Shown one piece after another: positions 38,610 through 50,332 of a stretch of DNA of 64,000 bases. The stretch's first letter is position 1, and the number at the start of each line of letters is the position of its first letter. Origin of the DNA: Phoronis australis (lineage: Eukaryota > Animalia > Phoronida); NCBI GenBank assembly GCA_002633005.1, contig NMRA01000331.1, positions 404,267 through 468,266 of the forward strand, written 5' to 3'. The notes under the pieces were generated by a model. It was not told the origin of the DNA. It was given only the letters and a program-made list of their open reading frames with translations, and ran no database searches. Made by a program: the position numbers and the translations under genes.

Positions 38610-39754
38610 CGGTGACTTCTCTAACAGTTCGTACACTCTAATAGTCCGTACACTTCCCTTGAAACACGACGTCTCTCCCTAGAAGTTAGTACAGCAGATG
38701 TCTGGGGGAAAAATAGTTAGTACGCATATTTGCGTTGAAAAAAATAATGTGTACACACTTTATGGAAAGGTAAAAAGGCAATTCGTTTTCCTGGACACAA
38801 ATCATAAGCGTAAGTATAGAGCTTGAAAAGACGTTTTTCAGTTCGACATTTTTGGCGCCAATAAATGCGGAAATGGCGATAAGATATTCTAGTGTGTCAT
38901 CGAATGGCCGTAAAAATATCCCAACAAAGGCTCAGTTGCCCTCAGCTTAGTCCTTCACAAATTTACAAAATTGCGGAGTAATAGCATCATGTCGTTTTGC
39001 AGTCTTGTTAGAGCTGTAGCGCGAAGATGACCAGTGACCATGCAGCGCTGCAGTTGGATTGTAGTTATTCTGACATAGCAACAGTGCAGAAGTACGTCTG
39101 TGCAAGCTTCACGTGTTGCAGAGGTTATAGCATAGACTAAATTTTTGGTTACAGTCCCGTGATATGAGTAGAACTGCGAGTGCTAGCTGTCAAGTTCTAA
39201 GTCAGAGAGTTATTTCACAAATTAAATGTTTGAAAAACTAATTCAGATGTGTTTTGTGTTTGGGATGTTTATGTTGGACACTCCTTGACTCAACGAATTG
39301 TCAGTGCAAGGTTTACTACGGCTGTCTTATTTTGCGGAACCAAAAGGTGCCGCTCACTGAGTGCCATCGAGTGAAACATGTTAGCAATGAAGACAAGAAT
39401 CGAAGTAAGCTGACATGAGCCAGTAGTCAATCAAAAGTTACCGCAAAGACATTTAACAAGTATTTACTAAATATTTTAGGGTGAGTCCACTGAACCCGTA
39501 CAATGCGAGTCCGAGGGAAAAATAGTTCATACAGTAGATCTCCAAGAGAAAAATAGTTTGTACACGTCGATAAAAATAATCTGTAGATGTAATTATTCAA
39601 GTAATCGGCACCCATAGTTTGGTATACGAATAAATTAGTGACGAGCTCTAACCAACAGTTCGTACAGCCAGTTTTGTCTATATAATTGGAATAGGAAGCT
39701 CTCAAGGCAACAACACTTCGTACATTTGTGTACAAACTGTTAGAGAAAACACGA
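38610..39754. mobile_element. TA-flanked MITE with 27-bp TIRs and internal GTACA repeats
   Basis: TA|CGGTGACTTCTCTAACAGTTCGTACAC ... GTGTACAAACTGTTAGAGAAAACACGA|TA. Confidence 0.8.
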
Positions 39755-42552
39755 TACTTTACTTCAAAACTGATCAAGTGTAGCTTTTATGAGGTGTGTA
39801 CAGAGCATGAATCATGGCACTAATAATGAAACACTGTTTATTTTTGCTGAGAATTTGAGCTGTTTTTGCGTAGTTAATCCGGTTTAGTTTGCGGTCGAAC
39901 ATATTTTATATCAGCGTAATAACCCACCGCACAAAATTGTCACCTTTCTCACTAGACCGGACTAACATTCCGCCACTGGTCCTATTTAAAATAAGTATTA
40001 AGGGGGTTTAACTAGTTAGACATGACTCTGAAAGTGACAAAAATCGGAAAAAAAAGATTTTATTGTACTTCGTTTTTTTTAAATATTGTATTTTTTATTT
40101 TTAAAAAAATCCATTTTACCTCGATTTTCAAAATGCACAGGGATTATCATCAACTGTTTCCTTACGCAATATTCTACATAGCCATACCAAATATATGTAC
40201 AAAATCATTATGATCTTGATTTTGTGGCATTTTTTGCATGTGAGTTGTGGCAAGCACATCACTTTCTGTCATTTCGCCACCTTCCATCTAATAACTAAAA
40301 ATATGGTCTATGCATCAAAAAACCCTGGCACGCGATTTTACTTCAGTTCTAGAGGATTTCAAATTTGCAAATTTCGTAAAAATTGACCCACGTGTTTTGG
40401 AAAGAAAGGCCTGAGAATCTTGTCACTACCCTGAAATCAATGAATGCTAAAGTGAAGTAAGTTCCTCTACATTACCCACTTTGAACTACAAGTACTTTCA
40501 AATGCAGGTAGCAGCACAAGTCATATGATCCCTTGTGACCAGTTTCACAAAATTTCTGATTTACAGCATGTTACACATGTCCCATAACATGTTTTGGTCG
40601 TGAAAGACCGGCCCAAAAATCCTCCCCTCATTTTATAAGGTCGGTCAAAATTCCTGAGTAAACCACATGCCTTTATTTGGCCAGTAACATGCCATTTCAC
40701 AGGTAATACACATTAGCTGATGGAGTAAGATAAGAGTTGCCTAACAAAACAACACGTCTGTTCTCACTTTTTCGCACTTCTGATGGATTTAAACTAATAG
40801 CAAATTCTAAATCTTCATAAAATTTTGACCTGCCTACATGCTCCCTCTGTAAATATTGGTGAAGTTTTAGCTGAGGTTGCTTCGGTCAGATCAGGCGAGT
40901 TTGAAGTAACTTTATTACTACGCGGTTAAGCGGTTTCCTTTGTTTTGAATTTTATATCCGTTAAGAATTTAATTTACACTTATAATTTCAAAGTACATAC
41001 ACAGAAATTAGCATGGAATGTCAGTAAACCCGAGTTAAAATTGCTGAGATAGTAACAAATTTCACGAATTTATGAATCAGCAAAAGCCTAATTTGCGCAG
41101 TGCCACAGTATTCTAAGTAATCCATTCTCAAGGGTGCTGTGAGCACATAAGTGAACCGTTAAGTTTCATCATTTCTTGCTGTTTAAAAATGAGAGTGATG
41201 GGTGACCATGTTCAAGCACATATATTTTTGTCGTAATTCAAAAATCCTGATGAAAATCAACACTAACTTCAAGAGTTAGTCGGAATTCATGGCGAAATTC
41301 TGGAAGGAAGTTGGACGAAAAATTACACTAAAATTGTTGAAAATTAACCAAACGTTTTTGCTTCAAAATTTCATCTATTTTCCACGAGAATTACCGTGAA
41401 CTTTTTAAGACCACCACATTACAACCAATGCTGAACGGTGGTTCGAGCACAACATACCATCCACAAACACGCATCCGTGTTTGTTAAAAACAAAATTAAT
41501 GTAAAAAGAGTTTATAGGAGCGATCGAACGTCATAAAGGACAGGTACGTTATAATGCGACTCGACTGTGCTTTTCCTGAACCTTGTAATTCTGTACATAT
41601 TGTGTTAACTTAACAGATTGTCGAAAAAGCCCTGTAATGTAAAAACTTAATGCCGCTGAAAAAAGTTTCATATTTGAATGTTGTGTAGACGTTCAAGGCA
41701 TCTCACCATTCACTTAAAAGTAGTTCCATTGCCAGACCAGGTGTAATTATATGTTTATTGCCCCTACAGCCAGGTGTGTAATGAACTATTGAAATCTGTG
41801 ATAAAAGCTGTCAAGTTTATAGTCTCTGTAACCCCTGAGTTTCTATCAGGATCATTTCAGATTATGCAGAGTGTCATTTAAATAAGAAAATACATGAGCT
41901 ACATTTTGCTCCGTTTCGCTGGCTAAAATGAATTCTCATAACACCAGTCTCATAATAATCCCTAAATTGTGATAGGATCCATTTAAATTACCAATTCAAG
42001 CTACACGCAACCCGTACATCCACCATTTTCAAATTCCAATTTTAGGGTTAGCTAACTTCAAAAAAGTCTGAAATGTTGTTGTTGAAGTCACTGGTGTTCT
42101 TGTTAGAATCCGAAATAAAATCCTAGTATGGTAAAGAATATTACAAGATCAATTTTATCAGAGTAAAAGGCCAAATTCAATTTTTGTTTTTCAGCCGGGT
42201 AAACAGGATGAAAGGCAACTTGAAATTCATAATAAATATAACATGAATATGGGAAATTTAGATTCAAAAACTAAACATATACAGTAATTATGGTAATTGT
42301 TGAAATCAAATATCCTCAGGTTATGGTAAGAAATCATGACATGCAGTTTTCAAGAGATATGGTGTAGCAAATAAAAGAATACAGCGACAATACTGTTGAA
42401 ACTGATAAGACTGCACCTAAAGCCCATAATGTTTGTTGCATGAACTGGTAATTTTTTTAGGTCTTGCATTCAATGCCAATACAAAGCAAAATTGGTTTGT
42501 GACTGCTCAAATTTATAGAAGACCTGAAGCATGCTAAAAAGTAGACTATCTT

Positions 42553-43321
42553 ATTTGCCCTAATAACTGCCCAGGGCGCTTGGAAAAATTCCGTTTCAGG
42601 GGGATGCTTATTGTAACCCAAGGCGGTTGAAACCCGGTCTCTGAAACGGGTGAAATCAGAAGCTAAGATTCATCATATTTACGCTCTGTGACGTATTTAT
42701 AACCTATGAAAGACTGTGCAAAGTTGTGATGCACTGCAATCAAACTTTGCTGTTAAATTACGATCATTTTACAGAAAATTGTGCATAAATCCCTACTAGG
42801 TGAAAACTCACCGACTGTCTCGCAATCGTCGATACAGCAACTTGAATGTTTGAATACATACAGTTTCAACTCAAGCAAATTACCTGAAATCCTCCTTAAG
42901 TTTTCCATATAGTGTCCCTAAGATTTTAAGTTCCCGTGGAGTCAGGGGATTAATGGCAGGTTAAGTTCAAATCTGTGCAAGATTGTGCCTTCTATGATCC
43001 TAGGCCTACCCGGTAACAGAAGAAAAAATCTCTGGACATGTTGTCACGTGTTTTGAAGTTCGTCTGCGTGTCTGAGTAAGCGAGCGCGTGCGTGTCACCA
43101 GAGTTCATTTGCCAGAGTAAACGCAATCTAACAAGCTAGATGTGCATTGTATCTAAAGAAATTAGCACAAGCAGAAAGCAGAATGTGTCTCATTCAGCAC
43201 TTGCACGTCTCATCTGCTAAAAAACGTTTGAATTGTTTCGGTAAGGTCCATATTAGTCGCCATGTGGCTAGATGCATACGTGACTCATGGCTGTATGGCA
43301 GTTATTTTTCAGTGTAAGGGT
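42553..43321 (+). mobile_element. Left-part copy of the 19055-20621 element
   Basis: Collinear similarity from TATTTGCCCTAATAA through CAGAGTTCATTTGCCAGAGTAAAC to CAGTTATTTT(T)CAG (about 19058-19700). Confidence 0.8.
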
Positions 43322-43368
43322 ATGTAAGCAGTACAGACCTGTAGAGAGCGAACAAACAAACAAAAAAT

Positions 43369-43524
43369 TGATGTCAGACCAACATACTTGGCGAAAATCC
43401 CAGAATTCCGCCAAGTAAAAAAAACAAACTTGATGAAAGAGCAACATACTTGGTGAAATTTATTTTGCCAAGTAAAAAACTTGACGTCAGAGCAACATAC
43501 TTGGCGAAAATTCTTCGCCAAGTA
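43369..43524. repeat. Three tandem ~50-60-bp units, each containing a hairpin TACTTGGYGAA-loop-TTYGCCAAGTA
   Basis: Units begin TGAYG.(C/A)AGA.CAACATACTTGG at about 43369, 43431 and 43482. Confidence 0.85.
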
Positions 43525-43720
43525 ATGAACTGGAAAAAGGTTCACAAGTGAGCACTTGTCAGATGGTTGATCTGTCTTCTTATGGTTCAAACAAATTAGA
43601 TGACAGATCTGACTTCTTACCAGCGAAGGCAGATTCCAATGACATAACTTGTGGTTAGGTCATGGTGATCACAGGTGATTGCCAGAAAATTAGTCTTGAG
43701 TAAATCGCTAATTACTTTCA

Positions 43721-44221
43721 AGGCCCTTTCATATTGACTTAACTCCGGTCTGGAGCGTCGACGTAAACAGCGTAGTTAACTGGACCGTTCATACTGGCTT
43801 CGGTAGTTAATGACCATCGAAGTAAAGGGTTGGTGACGCTGACGTCATCGAAGTTAGCGCAAGGTAGCGCTGCATGCTAAGATTTTTTCAGTGTGACAAT
43901 TTGGGAACATTTAAATGTGCTAAATGACATTAAATTCATTTTTAAATCGATTGGTTATCATTAGAGCAAAAATAAGTAGTTATTAGTGACGGCACTACTC
44001 TGTAACTGTTGACGATAACAGTGGCACCTGGCGATAACTTCGATTGGACCGGAGTTGAGCGTTCATACAGCACCGCAGCGTCGACGCTACGGTCTTAAAT
44101 TCACCTGTTAAGTGCGATGTTAACTGGAGCTGTTAACTGCGATCCAGGACCGGAGTTAAGCGTTCATACTGACCGCAACTCCCCAAACCATCGACACGTC
44201 GACATTAGTATGAAAGGCCCT
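43721..44221. mobile_element. PIF/Harbinger (Tourist-like) MITE with long imperfect inverted ends
   Basis: AGGCCCTTTCATATT ... AGTATGAAAGGCCCT, flanks TCA/TAA; subterminal TTAACTCCGGTC / GACCGGAGTTAA. Confidence 0.75.
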
Positions 44222-44962
44222 TAAGACAGCTGATCTGCTTTTCTGATCAGAGATATCCCTGCCTTCAGATTAAATTTTACACCTGAACCTGGCATTAGAG
44301 GCTGTAGTAGAGGCTGCCCTGGCAAAAAATATGTAAGAAAACAAAGTTTGGTGGCTTTTCAACACTGTGATAGTTTGGTATGGGTGATCAGATGAGTTTG
44401 TGGCCCAGACCATCAATTCGGGAAGGAGTGCTCATATTTAACCACAGCATCAAATAATATTTAAACAGGCATATCCTAACACTGGGCTGCAAATGGTAAA
44501 CAACATGTTATTTTATATTTTGAAATGCTTTGCCTCCAGCAATTTGCACTGTGGTACTACTCAGATAAGGGTGTAACTCAATCATGGAGAATGATTTACT
44601 AGACAGACAGGATGTGGAGAAACAAATGGTAGTCTAAATACTACTCATCTCCCCAAACCAAACAAGATTAGTCTCATAATCAGGGCTTTGTGAACTTGCT
44701 CTGTTATCAAGCATCAAACACAAAATGGAGACATTTAAAAACATTTGAGAGACATCTGTGTGAAACAGTTTGGAGCAGGCAGCACTTTGAATGTCAGGGC
44801 ACTGTGTTCCTCCTGGTTAGTGACCACATTCAGTAAATAGCCACGCCTACAATTCCAACTAATTCCCTTTTAACTGCCCACCTTCTGCTATATTCCTTAG
44901 CAAAAGTAACTTACATCCAATCAAATACGCTCCAGCTCAATTTGAAATCATTGATAGGGGGT

Positions 44963-45439
44963 GAAACCTAAAGCCAGTACAAATCACACAATACTTCAAA
45001 GTATATGGTTGCAATTGCACCGAAAATGGGTACACCATGTAGGTATCTAAAGCATTTGGCGGCAGGGGTAGTGACAAAAACATTGTTCAAAAATCTGGAT
45101 TTCTGAAATACCTTTTACCCTAAGACAAAGTTATGGCAGATAGAGGTTTTACTATTGATGAACTCCTGTATCTAAGACGAGTTAAGTTAAACATACCAGC
45201 TTTCACCAAAGGCAAGTCACACCTTAGTAAAAAAGGTCTGACAAAAACATGGCGCATTTCCACAGTAAGAATCCATTTGGAGTGAGCAATACGGAGACTT
45301 AAAAGTTTTCAAAATTTTGAGTACCAGTATTCCAGTGTAAAGCACAGAATCAGTGGATAACTACTTGATTTTCTGTGCTGGGCTTGTGAACCTACGTGCT
45401 GATCTAATCAGAGATCAAAATTTGGAAGACATGGACTAA
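44963..45439 (+). pseudogene. ISL2EU/PIF-Harbinger-type DDE transposase (DDE_Tnp_4-like) remnant
   Basis: SQYKSHNTSKYMVAIAP / [41 protein letters not shown]...LNIPAFTKGK...RISTVRIHLE*AIRRLKSF / IL...CAGLVNL, with stops and frameshifts. Confidence 0.85.
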
Positions 45440-47091
45440 CTTCCGGAGTTTTTAAGTTGTCCATTCCAAGTGGTAACATGTACTGTTTCAAGAAATTTCT
45501 GAAAGTAAAATGTACGCAACCGTGCAACAGTTTGCTCAACAAAGCTTTCACGTGTAGCACATCTACGTCATAATAAAGTCATTGTCACTAACTTTAAAAT
45601 TAGCGCCTCCGTAAATAAAGGTGGTGCTTCTGTTTTGGCCTAAAACAAATGTGATCAAGGTCACGGGTCAATTTGCTGGGTCGCTGGGCCAAAAAATGAT
45701 GTCTAAATAGGATTTATGACACAGATACAAAGGATTTTCTTGTCAACACTTCTCCACCATCATAGGAACAAGTTTTTGCTCCAGAACAAGAGCTGAGCCA
45801 AATGTCTGGACACAAGAATGGTTAATGAGAATGACAACATGGCCATACTTACTGATTATGGTTGAGTGATTTACGGTGGACCACAAAATTTGTTCTTAAA
45901 AACATTTCGCAATTTTCAACCTACTTGATATTCACATCGTGGCTACACTTTGCTCCATTTAGTTGAATAAAAAACAAAAATCTTTGTAGGCCTTTTATTC
46001 ACATGAAAGTGGTCTCGTAACATTCCTTACCCAGATACAATTCTGTTTATGATACCAACAAGAACATTGAAACCGATAGAAAACACATCATGAGTTCATT
46101 AGGATTGGCCAACCCTAAAACTAAGAATTAAAAAATTGCGCATGCGCATGCACGCATTGCTGTCAACATCACATAAGCATGGTAATGTTTTTAAACCCCA
46201 AAGCACTTCAGTTAGGTATTCAACATGGAAAGCAAAAGAGGTGAAATACCCCTAGACGTTTGACTAAGATTGTTTATTGTTAAAAGGCCATCTTGGCAGG
46301 GAGAAAGAAAAGTGTTCATCTTGCTTATAAACCACAAAGAATCCTAATAAACAATAAAATTAACCTTTTCAACCCCTGCATGGGGAATGTTTGTGCTGTG
46401 ATAGGGCATGACTAAGAGATGACAAAAAAGTGAAAACAGGAAGGAAATGGGTTTTTATTCACAGTAAGTAGCTGATTCCCGATCTGATTGGAGTAATTTC
46501 TGAATACAGCTATTTCACCACTTCAAAGCTGGCTTACATGATTTTGTAGTGGGATAATTGGGACATTCTAACTTATGTAGGATCTTACCAACATGTCTGT
46601 ACATTCAGTCAAATATACAAAACTATAAAACTTGAGTCAGTAGAATCACTGGTTTTCTGAAAGCAGGAAGTCTGCAGAATTCAACTGACTTAAAACCGAT
46701 CTGCCATTGATCGGGTCACATGACCATACATTTTTAGAAGTAAAATTTAGCAAAAAGGAAAGGTATATTAATAGCAAAACGACAGCATCAATAAAATGAC
46801 TGAATTTCATTTGTTACAAATGTTCGAGACGAAAGCTTTAAAATGCTGTTACACTTTCCTAAATTATTCCATTTTTTGTTCATTGTGCAACTTTCGTGAA
46901 AATCATAAAAATGCTATTCTTGCAAAAAATAGACCATTATTAAAAACAATAAATAACAGTACTTTGGAGAGTAGTGCATAAAACAAAGTACCTCAGAGTT
47001 TAGTGTGAATCATCCAAACAGCCATTTCTGAAATGTGATGTTCCAAAGCTTGCCAAATTGGGATATTTTCTAGGGTGCTATATAACCTTAA

Positions 47092-48920
47092 AGGAGAATG
47101 CCACCCCATCTAATTAGTGTTTTTTAACCTCTTAATCGGTTTATATCCACATCGCCTCTTATACGGTCAACCTCTCCTTGCCGAGAGGTGTCGCGTTAAC
47201 CTGTGAGGAAGGTAAGAAACGACGCAGCGACGTCAGTGGTTTGTCTGCAGAGTGAATGCTGCTATACTGCAGTGCATTGTTCCCGCTTGTTCGAACTATG
47301 AAGCTGCGAAGAAAGCGGGTATATCGTTTTTTCAACTTCCTCGAGAGCCCGAAATGCTTAGGAAGTGGCTCGCGGTAGTGAAGAATGGAAACTGCGCTGT
47401 TAATAGCAAGTATGAGGCCATAAAACATCTCCGTGTCTGTGGCCAGCATTTCGTCGACAGTGATTTGTCCGACAAATTCCAGTTTACTAAAGACCTATCC
47501 ATACCTTCCGTTGCCTGTGCATGTTCACGGCACCTATCTACTATTTCTTGATCAGTGCATTCCGGTTCGAACTGATAGCCTGTGAAACCTAAAGATCCGA
47601 CCCGTGAAGTCTTCATCGGATGAGCTCTTGACTAAGTTGGGATTGGCGCCGGGCGAGTTGCCATGCAGACGTTTATTATTCTGCGTTCTGTTTCAAAATG
47701 AATTATTCTCATCCTAACCAATGCTTATATGAAACCAAAACAAAGTCAGTGTCATTAGATTCAACATGTAATGCCTTGGAGTGCTCGTGAATGCAAATGT
47801 CTTGAGAATCCAACAATGAATAAACCACTGCGTTACCGGCTTTTGATGCCGGCAACAAAGGTAATTGACCGGGTATCGAGGCCGTGTGAGCGCACGCTAA
47901 TTCAGTGTTTGCTGACAGAAAGCTGTTGTGAAACAATTACTCGATTTTATATGATATGGTCACATGTTAGGGGAATCTTTATGTAGAAATACAAATGCAT
48001 TATTCAAATCATTGTTACTGTACAACCTTTGCCCTAACGGAGTGTGGAAGGGGACTGAAACCCGACCAGTGCTGTAGAGGTAAAATTAGAGGCAAGTAGG
48101 CGCCCAAAGCCCACCATATGACCTTGAGTACTGAACGTAACTTGCGGTGCATAGGCGCTACATTCAAATGCCAAAAGGTAGTTGGCTGCACCACTAGAGC
48201 ACTGAACCCGACTTAATTGGCGGCCAAGACAACGAGTAAATATATTTTCAGTTTCGTGGCTACTGAATTGACATAAATAATTACGTGCACATTATTTCTT
48301 TGGCTCACTATTATAGTCTTTTCGTGACTGGAGGTTTAGTTTCCAACTCAAGCTGGTTTATGTTCATGCCAGTTCCGGCGGACGCGATGGGCCTGATCGG
48401 GTTCCAAGCCACTGGCCGGGATAACAAGCGTTTTGTGTGTTTAGAACTAAAAAAAATCACAAGTATAAACAACACAGATCTAGGTTCTCCTGTCTGTATT
48501 TCACGGAAGAATACTTCGAGTTTATCGCCAAACACACCCCAAACTCCTGCTACGCGGGACCTTGGTAAATTAGCCTACCGAACTTTGTAGGCTACGGTGT
48601 GTCCAAATACCAGTAAATCCGTAACAGAGAAATAATACAACACGTTTTTATAAGAACTCGGTGCATTTTTAAGGGTTTTACGTCGAAGTTTGATAATTTA
48701 TTGGTGTTAAACGAAGAATTCAAGCGATAAGCTGACACCACGAACCCAATGTTGTGAACTGCTGAACAGACTGCTTGTGAAACCAATTATGTCATTGGAT
48801 AATTTCAACACCTCCGTCTGCCGTCAGGTGTCAGGTAACGCAACCGAATGTGCCGTTATGGAGTAGAACTACTTGATCTAAATTGATACAAAATAGGTTG
48901 TTTTTGGGTGACATTCTCCT
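47092..48920 (+). mobile_element. Kolobok-type non-autonomous DNA transposon
   Basis: TTAA|AGGAGAATGCCACCC ... GGGTGACATTCTCCT|TTGA: 15-bp TIR starting with two purines, TTAA target, and an internal THAP remnant. Confidence 0.85.
47264..47551 (+). pseudogene. THAP zinc-finger domain remnant of the Kolobok element
   Basis: CIVPACSN...ISFFQLP...KWLAVV...RVCGQHF: C2CH THAP signature with conserved P, W and F. No in-frame ATG precedes the domain and no catalytic domain follows. Confidence 0.75.
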
Positions 48921-49967
48921 TTGAACAGAAACCAGGATACTCACATTCGCTGACCTTAAGGGAATGTACAAATTTATAAACAAAAAAAAATAAAAAAAGT
49001 GTATTTCCTGGTAAAGTAAATTTTCGAAAAAAACGGTATATAAGGCAATCAAGTTTTATGAAAACTGCCCTCGACATTAAGCCATGACAATAGCCGAGTT
49101 GCAATTTCATTTAAGGAAAAGACAACAGAACAACACTCACAGAATCAACACATACAGGAATGCTTTATATCAAGCACCAACATAAACAGACATATTTTGT
49201 TAGGTAAAATGAAATAAAAAACAAACAAGACATGGTTTTTACACTTAATGATTATGAGAAATAACTTTGTCATTTTTCTAAGCCAATGAAACTGCTCCTC
49301 GGGTGTTTGCCTAATGCTCTAGCACAACTTATGAAGTCAGATAACACTAAATCTTAAATCTGCTATAAACCTGAGTTCCATACAAGAAGCAACTTTTGAC
49401 TAACTTGCCAATATAAAATTGGTTCCAACTTGTCTTTTAATAAGATAAGAAGTGATTTCTGGGTTTGCAAAGAGCTGACTGTGCCTTAGTCCTTGAGACC
49501 ACACTCGGCACATAAAATGACCACCATGACAACCCAACTTGTAAAGCCTGACCTCATGAAATAATGAACTAGCTGTTTCGGACAAACATAATGAAACTTT
49601 CCATTTCACAAATGCTGATTATGTTGTAACAATGCTGCAAATTATTGGTCATGAAAGCTGGTCAGTACAAACCATGATTATGATGAAGTCAAGTTCTTCT
49701 CAACTTTTATTTTTGTTCAGAAATTTCACAAAATCAAATACCGAGCATTTACGGTAAGCAAATGGTTGGACTTTGTTTTTTTTTTAAGTTATAACCTGTC
49801 TCATTAATGGCCAAGCTTATTCAAAGAAATAAACCCAAGTTTGGGAGGACTCAGATTTTACACAATAGTAAAAGTGTTCAAAATGCATTTCATGGCGTTA
49901 TCCTCTTAGGCATAGCAGGAGGGCCTCACTAAACACACCTGAGGCATATAAGCATGTATTGACTTAC

Positions 49968-50029
49968 CTTGCGAAGATGTTTGTTGACCCATTTGGTGAA
50001 AGTTTTCTTCTGTACGGAATCTCTTTCAT
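49968..50029 (-). CDS. MACF1: Spectraplakin CH1 exon: (D)[20 protein letters not shown]
   Basis: 62 nt; acceptor ttttcccag, donor AAG|gtaagt; contains the actin-binding site 1 motif [10 protein letters not shown]. Confidence 0.95.
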
Positions 50030-50332
50030 CTGGGAAAACAAACCAGAGTGGAAATCAAATACTATTTTTCAGCATACAGGTCATGTGCAAGGTGTGAATG
50101 GAATATTAACAAGTCTAGAAAGATCGCAGTGCCAAAAAAGCACAATGAATCAACAGAACTTAAGTAACAGAGCAATAAACTTATAAACCAACAAGGTTAC
50201 TTCCAAATTTAACAGGCATATTTTTTTACAATAGCCATCATTTCATATTTAGAAAGTCTAATATTAGCATACAAATCTTTACACAACATAAAACATTACT
50301 CAAATATAGTAACCAAATGTGTTTGCTACAAA

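Noticed and set aside
39997-41838. Possible TTAA-flanked Kolobok-like element (GGGGGTT...AACCCCT)
   Set aside because: The terminal match is too short and the right TSD is absent; boundaries cannot be supported.
43369-43524. CRISPR-like appearance of palindromic repeats
   Set aside because: Eukaryotic intron, only three units, no unique 30-40-bp spacers and no cas genes.
34439-50029. Beta-spectrin, alpha-actinin or dystrophin identity for the CH1 exons
   Set aside because: [28 protein letters not shown] and [20 protein letters not shown], and the exon boundaries, fit plectin/dystonin/MACF1/Shot better.
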